Assembly (NCBI GenBank): GCA_003344405.1
Contig: NOWV01000181.1
Location: 1-34,110, forward strand
Source of the DNA: Trichoplax sp. H2
Taxonomy: Eukaryota
Length of the DNA: 34,110 bases
Direction: 5' to 3'
Shown here: positions 24,901 through 34,110 of the stretch, one piece after another
How the letters are laid out: the number at the start of each line of letters is the position of its first letter
Numbering within the stretch: position 1 is the first letter of the stretch
The notes under the pieces: model-generated
Databases searched by the model: none
What the model was told of the DNA's origin: nothing
Seen by the model: only the letters and a program-made list of their open reading frames with translations
Program-made: the position numbers and the translations under genes

Positions 24901-27900
24901 ATAGTACTGACTTTAAATGTAGCGATTACAATTGTGTAAGGGACTAGGTAGGGGATTATTATTACGCTTATGTCCTATTCTAAAGTTTGCATTGGAGTAT
25001 CAAGGAAGTTGCTGATACTTAGTGCTATATTATTTCGTTGCTTAATTCATCGATGTCATCACATCCTAATAATTAGGTAGAATCTGTAGTGTGCGTGTAA
25101 GACTGATAAGATGACATCTTTTTTAGCTTTTCCAATACTTTATACATTTTCAGCTTATATCGGGATATTATCAGCTATGTACAACGTTGATTTTATTAAT
25201 ATTCATCTGATGTCAATAAATTTTTTTGCTATCTACAGTAATGCCGAAGAACGAGAGTATATAAGTACTGCAGAAGAACTTTGTAAATTTAATGAGCCCG
25301 CATGTTTGGACCTTATGGATTCGAACAGTCTGGAAATGTATGTATGCTGCATTTAGTCCGTTGAATGGCACTATTAATAATTGCTATGATTCGCTGCTTT
25401 ACAGTAAAAATGTTTCGTGTACTTTATCGGCTATCTCTATATAAATTCGGTCTTCTAATTTGTATAGAGTTGGCTCGCAAAGTACAGTAAACATGAAAAT
25501 TTTAATTTAGTGTGCAGTGATAGAATTAATCAACATTGCTGGAGTTGTATATCAAGCTGTTTAATAATATTTATGTTACTTACAATTAAATTCAATAACT
25601 GATTAGACTCTAGCAAAAAGAATAATAAATTAGTGACAGGTTTACGGCATATAATATTGGATTCAAATGTGTAACTTAGAGTTGACCAGATATACCTTAG
25701 CAGGAGTAGATTTCGAGATTTCGATATAAGAATTATGGTGATCTATGTATGATTTCGTATTAGAATTGCTGGACAATTTATTAAAACATAATCTAGAGTA
25801 CATAATATCTTTTACTTCATCTTACAATTATACGTATAAGTATCGGAATATAAGAAAGAACCTTCAGTTGACTACTTTCCTTCATTTTAAAGCAGTCAAT
25901 TTCTCTACAAAACTGTTTACTGCATATGGTTAACCACTGTTTTAGAATATGATTCCGTAGTTAATCCAAATCACTGAAGTAAATGCAATATCTCGACATA
26001 ATTTTCAACTTTATTAGATTTGATATATCATAGGTAGCTTAGATTATAATGTTTGAAATGGCGGCATATAATAAATGTAATTAGTTGTCAGTTAGTACCT
26101 AGCCTTTTAACATGGTAATTATAGTAAATTGATATGAAGATAGAATTGTCTGTGTAATTTCACATCGGAGCAGTTGATATCCTATCAATGCTGTGTAATG
26201 ATGACTTTAATTTCATTACTTTCAATTCTGATTTATCTTCTAATTTCTAAATTCATTAGTGCAATTGCATTAGTATTATATATAGCACCGTTTATGTTTA
26301 TGTCTCACTAGCATGCTCATCTGCTAATATTCTGTTTAGAATCGTTTAGCAATCAAGTTTTAAGATCGGATAATTTTTCATTTTAATTCAAAAATACGAA
26401 GGCTAGTTTGCTATGTTACACGGCCTTGAGGTTTAGTTCTATTAAATAAGCAGTTCTATGAATCCATTAGTCCAAATGGCGTGTTGCCATGCAAATTGCA
26501 TTATAGCTATTACTGCGTAACAGCGTACACCGACATTTTCTAATTAAGTAAATCATCTAATTTCCATTTAATTATTTAGTGGGTCTAAGGCAATGTCCAT
26601 GTCGTCTGATAATTGTGATGAAGACTTTTCGGTTATGGCAAAACTGCCCCATAGGCGACGAGAACTACGTAAGTTTCACATTACGCGCAATGTATGTATC
26701 TATAACTTACTGCCACTTATTCTTCCTTGAATGGTTACTTGGTAAAGTTTTCGGGATATATTTATCTGAGATATCAACAGGGCTGTTTAGAGTTACTCTA
26801 TATTTTATGTTGACATACCTTATAGCTATGCTCATTAGAGCCTAAATATTATTTTTGCATTAAATTTCTTGCTCTTTAACATGAATCTTTAAAGAAATCG
26901 GCTATACTAAATGAATCAATTTTTAAACCCTAGGCACTTAACATTTGCAGACGTCTTTTTGAATAGAATCTGTTATAGTTATATAATTCATTTTTCTTAC
27001 ATTTTCTAGGTGGTAAAGAACTACTGGCCGACAAAGGTATTAATTTGATTGCCAATTCGTTTACTGGATTATAATGGAATAATTTTGGATAGCGAGACAA
27101 ATTAATAGCTTATTGTAGTATAGTTGCGCTCATAGATATAAATTACCGAATGATACGTTACCATATCTCTCTACAAGTACATTTATTAAAGCGAAATTAT
27201 TTCTGTGTTAATGCTAGCATAAGCTAAATAATTATTGAATCTCTCAGCTGTAAATTATTGCTCTGTTATATCCTGGATAATCATTCATTAGATTCTAGGC
27301 CGCACGGATCTTCCAAGATTGGTACAGCTTACTGACTATCAGATGACATCATATTTATTTCTATATAAATTTAAGGCATTTTAAAGATTTAGAAGTAGCT
27401 TTTATTTTCCTTTATTTGAAACTACCACATCTACCTATTTAATTTAGAAGCTGAAAAGTACTTACCCAAGTTGGCTAGCCTATCTTCGAAAATGCTTAAA
27501 TCCAGTAAGAGACTAGGCTTTTGTTGATTTTATTCATTGTTTGATTGTCGAGCCAATGCTAACAATTATTCGTGTTATTTTGTATAATTTTTACCGCCAG
27601 TAGAAGATTCAAAGCCAACTGAAGGTAGTTACTACAAAATGTATTGATTAAACAATGCGCGAAAAGTATTTTTGTTTTAATCTAGTTTAATAGCAAGAGT
27701 TTTTTGGACTTTAAATCCGAAAAGCTCTGACAGAACTTTCTTTTGGAAATTTCTTGCTGAGGATTTCTACTATTACAATTTAGTTTCCATAGCAGTATTA
27801 TTCTGTATTTGTAAAGTAACTTTAGTTATTGGATTTTTAAATAAAAAATTTCACTGAAAGCTTTGCAATTCAATTAGTAAATAGACACATTCTTATAAAA

Positions 27901-30900
27901 CTTAAGATAGACTTGATATAGTAAAGGACAATCAATTCTTTACTAATTTTTCATTTAATAGATTCTAAGAAGCGAAGACGTCGTAAAGTAATGGATCAGT
28001 CATCAGGTATTCTGTTATTGACAATTGCTGTAATGCGATGCTCATAGAATAGGTATATGTGCAGGGTAATTCGGAATTTTTGCTAGTAAATTCGTGAAAC
28101 ATTTTACTAGAGTTATTGATCAATACTTTCTTTTGGATTTCAAATAGCAGCAAGTCTTACTATGCCACTTATAACTTTCGTTTATATAGCAGTGCTAGTC
28201 TCAGTATCATATTGTTATAATTAACAATAGTAATATGGTGGATAATTATTTTGAGTAAAATGATTGCATGATAGATATAAGCATTATAAGTGTTGCGATA
28301 TTCCATTCTGCCATCGGCTTGATAGATTCTGTAGCATCTAAAAGTCTTTTTGGAGGCACTGAGTCTGCTGGTTACTGTTTCGGTGCCGATACTCTCAACG
28401 AAGGTAATTAAAACCGAATTAGGAAAGTATAACTTTATCATTTCTGTAATTTAATTTAATAACACTATTTCTAGAGCTAATAGAGTATGAATTCTATTAA
28501 GCGCTAAAATAGTGAACTCCCACCAACTACAACAGAATTTTATTACTTCATGGACTCTCTGTGTGGTCGATATGATGTCAGTCATATACGGCAATTGCGA
28601 TTTGACATTTTACAATTGGATTAATAGATTCTACGATATTTAAAGGTCTTCTGAGAAGTGCTCAGCCTTCTGGCTTAAGCTTTGGAGGACGTGCTGCCGG
28701 ATCAGGTAATTGTAGCCGAATTAAATGCTACATAGTTGTAATGCCGATGAGATAAAGAAATAGCCCTTTAGTTGCATCGATTTTTTAATGAATTTTTTTT
28801 CCCTTTGACACCTATCAGATCGATAGCTGATTTATGATGTTCGATGCAACATAATAATTGTGATCTTTATTTCATAATTAAATTGTTACGTTTTACAGCA
28901 TATGAAAGTCTTCCTGAAAGAACTGAGTCATTTGGTTTTAGTTCTGGTTCGGGTATTTTCATCAAAGGTATTTATATCTGAACTTGAAAACGTTAAATGT
29001 GTTGCTTTCAGTTTGTTGTGACGGTATCATTTCTGTGATTAATTAATTTCCGGTGTCACTAAATCGTGAAGACATTACTACACATGACATATAGTAATCA
29101 CATACTAATCACAACAGTTTTGTATGGCGAATATTATTTTACGCCTTTGATAGCTATCATTTTATGTATTCCTCATTCTACGTAGTTCAGAATTCTATTC
29201 TTGTTAGAATTGTATATCGTAGCTAAAAATTAAAAGCTAGTACACTAAATTTGGCGATATACCAAAAGTACCAATTTGCAGACTTATTTTATAAATAGCG
29301 ATTCATTTAGCTCAGCAAATTATTCTATTTTATATCCCCAAATTTCCTTACTTTGATGGCTTTGATAGTGATATCGTAAAGCATTACTCTTGAAGGTTAC
29401 TGAATAATTTTATGACTGCATTTCCAATTTGTAGCAACCAATCTCGCTAAACCATTAACAGCTTCCGATGATAGCGGTATCAATATTATTATTACTGTAC
29501 TAGAAATAGAATTTACAGTAACTAAATGATAGATGAATCTACTTTGTGTATTGGTTTCCTTTTTGATGCATTAAAGCAATTAGTCATATACATCGTAATT
29601 GGTATCATGCTGCAGGTCCCGCAGTGCCAAACATTCTTAAAAAACGTGGTTGGCGCCCCGACTTTGCTCCTCGTGCTGTCAATTTAGGTAATAGCATCCA
29701 GGATTCGACGGCTTCAAATTCTTTGAAAATTTTTGTTGCTATAACACTATTCGCAAGATAAATTTACTATAATTTCGATTTCTATAAGGTAGGATAAAAT
29801 ATAATACGTCGTATGTAAGGCCAATTTTATCTTTTAGTGATGCCAAGACAAATTCATTGCCAATTTCGTTTCACCTCTTTGATAGAAATCACTTTTTGTA
29901 GTTCGTATTCTAAGTACAGTACTTAGAATCTTGAATTGTATATACGATATTTAGTATACTATTGCAGGACAGTAAAGGCTACTTCCGTAAATTAGTTATG
30001 AACTTAAATCTATAGGATAGTTCTCTTAGTAACATATCATCGCTGTCATGAAATCATTCTCTGCTATGTATGTCCCTCAATATATCTTTACTTGCTTGTA
30101 AAGTATTGCAATCCCTTTTGAATTAGTCTGCCTAAATTTTTTTACTTAGGCATAATTTAAAACACTACACACGAACTAGCCGTAGTTGTGAACTTACGCT
30201 CTCTAATTGTACTAACTATAAGATAGTAATAGACATAGTACTACAAAGAGGGATTTAACAATCATAAATGTCACTTTTATGATTCCTTGCCTCCTTTGCG
30301 CCAACGGAGTAAAGTGTTTAGTTGCGTTCACTCGTTCGGATTGCAAAATTAGTTTCCAATAATAAACAATTTTTAGCCTAATGTTAGCGAAAACCGAAAC
30401 TTTAATTAATGCAAAGTTTTTAAGCTATTATCTTGAAGTTATAAAATGCTTAATAGCTGCAGCACCATTGGAACACTCAGAGTATCCGCTTCTACCGCCG
30501 TCTCTACCATCCAACAGATTGCTAACTTCTGACGATCAAGGCAAGTTAATTTATGTTACTATTTAAGAAATTGATCAACTATTAATTCAATTACGCTAGC
30601 AAGTTATGACCCATTTAGTGAATTAAATAAGATGTTTAAAAATTGATGCTATAAACGTATGACTTAGATGATAATTGTCATGCATGAGTATTTGGAAGAG
30701 GATTCACCTGCAGCACTCTCTATTTATACTTATAATGTATTTTCACGTCTCATTTATTATATCGAAGTGCAATATTAAACAGTATCTATATCTATATTCA
30801 TATCGATGACAGATAGAAACCGATGTACTCAGCAATTCTCAAATTAAAGTATATTATATATGATATTGTAATTAATGATGCACCCAGTATTGTGTTACTA

Positions 30901-33046
30901 GTTATTTGAAATTAGTAGTGGCACGTGCAACTTACAAGTATTATAGCTTGAGGTATTAGTAAATGGCTATTAAAGTGAACCGTAGTTAAACTAGTCACTA
31001 ACGTTGTTCGAATCATTTGCGTGATAATCAATTAGTGTCAATGAATTCATCAGTGCTCCCTTCCCATTAATAATTATCATAAATAGATTTTCTAATATCA
31101 ATAAATATTGTATCTATTTTCTCCTTGCTCATTGATCGTTTGTAATGAATGCTATTCGTAGCACGTGTGAAGGAAAAGAGGCTTATTTCAAAGTCAATAT
31201 CGATGTTTGCTAAGTCTCAGCAAAATAGTACCGCTTTTCCTGTAGAGAAAGAAGTACTTCGTGATAGTCGCCGCAGTGATGACGTAAATATCGGAAGTGA
31301 GCTTTATTCTGCATCAACCGTTTTTCTATCCCTTCCCCCCGCTACCGCAGCTTTGAATCGAACAAGAGGTCAAAAAAGCACAGCATTTAGGCGTAGTAGA
31401 GGTATGGTAGTTACTAAAATAAAATTTTGTATCATATATATGTACGTATTTACATTTAAAAGATTTAGAACATTCAATAATCGTGTTGTGTACGTTAACT
31501 GAACTTGCAGAATAAATATTATAAATAAGAACGTATCTTTAAAAATTATTCATTTTCAATAAAGCATCAGTTGTAATAGAAGCTCAAATTTACAGGCATC
31601 AAATTAAAAGAAATAATTTTTTATATAGGAAGGAATTTGCAACTTGCTAGCATATTTTTATTAGTCAGAAGGAGCATTTAACGTTCTGATTTAATTGTTT
31701 TTTAGTTTTAGCGAAAGCGCTAATCGATGAAGTTGACGGTCAAGATAAACCTCCGACGGCGCTACATTTTGGTAGTATCGGTACGATCCCCTCTTTTAAT
31801 TGTATCGTTTATCATAGATTAAAGTAAACCGTATTATGTTTGTATTACAGATCAAATGGATGAATTCAGCCCATCGCAAGGTTTACTTCAAAAATACTTG
31901 TGTCAATAATTTTACGCGTGTATCTGTAAGATTTTAAATTATTCTTTATTGTGAATTTACTATTGATCTTAAAATTTAGAAGCACACTTTGTGGGTGACT
32001 ATTCACCTACATCACCATCAGGTATGAAGATAATATAGTTATTAATTAAATCTTGGTTGCTAGTTATACGCTGTTACAAAATTGGTATTGTTTTTGTTTA
32101 TGTAAATCATTAAACTTTTGAAGCCGAAGGCAAGTGGACAATTGATTTACCAAAGTCACCGAAGCCCAATTACGAACAGGTTTTAGAACATAATCTAGAA
32201 GTTATGTGCAATATTAACAGTTTAGGTTGATGTAGGAGGTTTTTATTCAATTTTTTGCTTAAGAATAAATTATTACGGAGTGAAAACATAAAACAGTCAA
32301 TTAGTTTATGTCCGTACTTAATAATTGGATCTAAGTCACTTATTGCCTATATGTAATGTTTTAATCAATCGCTAAATCTATGTCATGATGAATCATTGGT
32401 TTAAATAATGAACTACAATCAGATCAAGAATCTACAGTCTAAGGTATGTACGTATGCTATGTTAAGGGTTATGGTGATAAGTTAGTCTATAGTTTTACGA
32501 TCAAGGTAAATCGGCTGGCTACCGTCATTTTATAGGAAGGATATTGGGATTTAACGGATGAAATTGCTGATGTTATCAACACAACAAAGGATTATCTACG
32601 ATCAGTTCTTCAGAGTTGTGGCATTCAATCATTTGGTATAGTACAACGAGTATCGCTAATGCTGGAGTATACTTTGTTGCATCTGTACTTATATTAATTC
32701 TTCTATCGCAATATTTATATGCCTATTAAAATTTGAGTATAGAACTCTGACACTCTATATGGTCGACTACTTCAATGATATAATCGTTGTTTTCGTTTAT
32801 GTAATATCGATGTTTTATATGTGCATTGTATTATTAGGTCTAGCGGCATATAATGACATTGTTCGCATGGTTATAACCATGCTTATTATAGTCATGTTCA
32901 AGGACATATCTACGCTGACTGAAAGTGTCCATCGAGGTAAGAAATGGTTTACAGGCATGGACAAGAGATATCCATCGCTTCTCCATCGAATGGAATTGGG
33001 TCAAAATTGGGAAAGTGCAAAATTGAAACTAATTGGTAAAGCTTAA
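13667..33046 (+). CDS. PARP4: Poly(ADP-ribose) polymerase 4 / vault PARP homologue, about 55 coding exons, about 1830 aa (manual model)
   Basis: N-terminus MGIFTNSIF resembles vertebrate PARP4 (MGIFANCIF, from memory). Domain order BRCT, PARP_reg, PARP catalytic, VIT, vWA, linker, C-terminal domain is diagnostic of PARP4. Phase-consistent exons were traced by hand from ATG 13667 to TAA 33044-33046. Linker exons are less certain. Confidence 0.92.
14638..15330. repeat. Degenerate tandem repeat of about 280-300 bp, about 2.4 copies, in PARP4 coding intron 1
   Basis: Recurring blocks tagtaacac, tagaagc.agtatttt, aaaagcacaa, gacgatatga, ta.agctcgatg, ggcctt.actact. Confidence 0.75.
16608..18578 (+). 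CDS. PARP4: PARP4 exons 16608-16668, 17362-17437, 17520-17825, 18103-18578: post-BRCT region and PARP regulatory (helical) domain
   Basis: Phases are consistent. LSQNVASLIQCLW...AEGILLKLK...LNKQFYELIPH...QYKALSCDI matches the PARP_reg pattern. Confidence 0.85.
18694..19828 (+). CDS. PARP4: PARP4 catalytic ART domain exons (18694-18808, 18970-18998, 19097-19195, 19274-19358, 19437-19535, 19608-19651, 19719-19828)
   Basis: LLFHAS|...GILSRGL...GNLGSGIYFADSCSTSLQY...CEVALG...YDSVHG...NNEYVIYN...RYLIEF: PARP signature with H, Y and E. Confidence 0.95.
19915..21412 (+). CDS. PARP4: PARP4 VIT domain and following exons (19915-20054, 20250-20334, 20403-20536, 20665-20829, 20923-20963, 21121-21202, 21278-21412)
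   Basis: IEAKYVFPLDERAAVCGFEAFINNKHIVGQVKEKERAHKEY...DVFTVSVGNLP is a classic VIT signature. Confidence 0.95.
21514..23769 (+). CDS. PARP4: PARP4 vWA domain and downstream conserved exons (21514-21606, 21732-21822, 21900-21973, 22104-22300, 22454-22553, 22708-22803, 22937-23011, 23109-23189, 23307-23387, 23476-23577, 23674-23769)
   Basis: IILVLDMSNSM (DxSxS), FNIAVFG, FVISDG, IFTFSIG, LHQLTARALIRD, IVSPFTSFVAIE. Confidence 0.93.
24086..32021 (+). CDS. PARP4: PARP4 low-complexity linker encoded by about 20 small exons
   Basis: 24086-24127, 24412-24453, 24614-24777, 25239-25337, 26580-26668, then phase 1-1 exons 27010-27036, 27292-27321, 27448-27504, 27601-27624, 27962-28006, 28326-28403, 28628-28705, 28899-28967, 29435-29476, 29616-29687, 30457-30540, 31162-31401, 31706-31771, 31851-31880, 31980-32021. 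All are open in frame with plausible splice sites. No homology support is available. Confidence 0.6.
32124..33046 (+). CDS. PARP4: PARP4 C-terminal (MVP-interaction-like) domain exons 32124-32179, 32423-32443, 32536-32635, 32838-33046
   Basis: IKNLQSK|EGYWDLTDEIADVI...GIQSFG...KWF...YPSLLHRMELGQNWESA. The LQxxxGxW and LELGxxW-type motifs are typical of PARP4 C-termini. Confidence 0.85.
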
Positions 33047-33950
33047 CATGCTATAGCAACAGTACCGTCGTGTACAATGCATAATTCAAGTAGATCGTGT
33101 GACCAGAATACTACATCTTGTGTACTGTTTATCGCGGCCGATATCAGGTTTTTAACCGTTTAATCGATTCAAAATTTAAAAATTGCTATCGCTGCACATT
33201 TATCGAATAATTATTTAATCGTTGTAATAGTCAATATGTCATTGTTACAGTGTTAAATACTGTATTACAGTAGAAATAACTATGTTAGGATAATTCTGTT
33301 AGACTATCCTTATTTAGTTAACTTCTAATTTGGATATACTGTATTTTAATATAGCACTGACTTTTTATGACAGTGACACTTATACACATACTGAAATTAT
33401 AATAGTTATAATAGGGAATGCAAATCATCTGCTTACAGTTCGAATCATTGTAATTGTAATTTACTTATGGTAGACTGTAAATTATCATGGAAATGTTCCG
33501 TGATAGGACATATCGTAATCTGACTATTCTGTATTAGTCATTACATGTCTATGTTCGTAAATACTGTTGTCTGCATTAAGGGAGCAGTAGCTAAAATTAA
33601 TATCTAATTCAGTAAATGATTCTAATGTTAATTGTATTAACTATGACTCATGAACTATTGAGGAATAGTATATAAATGCAGTATATCGTGAAATAAAGAA
33701 GAATTGNNNNNNNNNNNNNNNNNNNNAAAATTGAAACTAATTGGTAAAGCTTAACATGCTCTAGCAACAGTACCGTCGTGTACAATGCATAATTGAAGTA
33801 GATCGTGTGACCAGAATACTACATCTTGTGTACTGTTTATCGCGGCCGATATCAGGTTTTTAACCGTTTAATCGATTCAAAATTTAAAAATTGCTATCGC
33901 TGCACATTTATCGAATAAGTATTTAATCGTTGTAATAGTCAATATGTCAT
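33019..33950. repeat. 224-bp duplicated block (33019-33242 vs 33727-33950) across gap 33707-33726
   Basis: Near-identical, includes the last PARP4 codons and stop, differs by a few SNPs. Confidence 0.9.
33243..33706 (+). mobile_element. LTR-like insertion downstream of the PARP4 stop, truncated by the gap
   Basis: Begins TGTTAC exactly where the duplicated blocks diverge (after GTCAT). TATATAAA at 33669-33676 is followed by AATAAA at 33692-33697. Absent from the second copy at 33950/33951. Confidence 0.6.
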
Positions 33951-34110
33951 ACAAATATGCTGAGTAAAATATAACAGATACAATGTGTAGATGATTTACT
34001 ATCGATCGACGTAAGCACCATTAATCGTATCAAGGAATTACTTGTAATAATGTGATTTAGTAATTATAACGACTGGTGTTCATTCTAGACTATTTTATTT
34101 TCTATTAACT

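Noticed and set aside
18147-28441. Minus-strand ORFs 18147-18329, 20640-20822, 27965-28153, 28169-28441 and off-frame plus ORFs 19126-19323, 20406-20681, 26579-26845
   Set aside because: Shadows or wrong frames of PARP4 exons, running into introns.
13667-33046. Splitting the locus into separate PARP, VIT-vWA and C-terminal genes
   Set aside because: Exon phases join continuously and the domain order matches a single PARP4.
33727-33754. Second copy of the PARP4 C-terminal codons as a duplicate gene
   Set aside because: A short gap-adjacent overlap, best explained as the alternate allele.

Overview
AT-rich eukaryotic, intron-rich DNA with short GT-AG introns. It resembles a compact early-branching animal genome such as a placozoan, but the taxon is inference only. 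Left: two tandem minus-strand paralogs with uninterrupted CDSs encoding GNAT-fold (AANAT-like) N-acetyltransferases, about 59% identical by manual alignment. The complete copy ends in a canonical peroxisomal PTS1 (-SKL). Right: one large plus-strand gene (13667-33046), reconstructed by hand as about 55 coding exons and about 1830 aa. It encodes a PARP4/vault-PARP homologue: BRCT, PARP regulatory, catalytic domain with H-Y-E residues, VIT, vWA, long low-complexity linker, C-terminal domain. The linker is built from about 15 consecutive symmetric phase-1 exons, most of them very short. They carry separate motifs: a basic NLS, FG motifs, a Pro-rich patch and one perfect Pol II CTD heptad YSPTSPS. 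Three 20-N gaps each separate near-identical duplicated blocks, probably allelic haplotypes, which differ by LTR-type insertions or minisatellite copy number. No RNA genes or CRISPR arrays were recognised.
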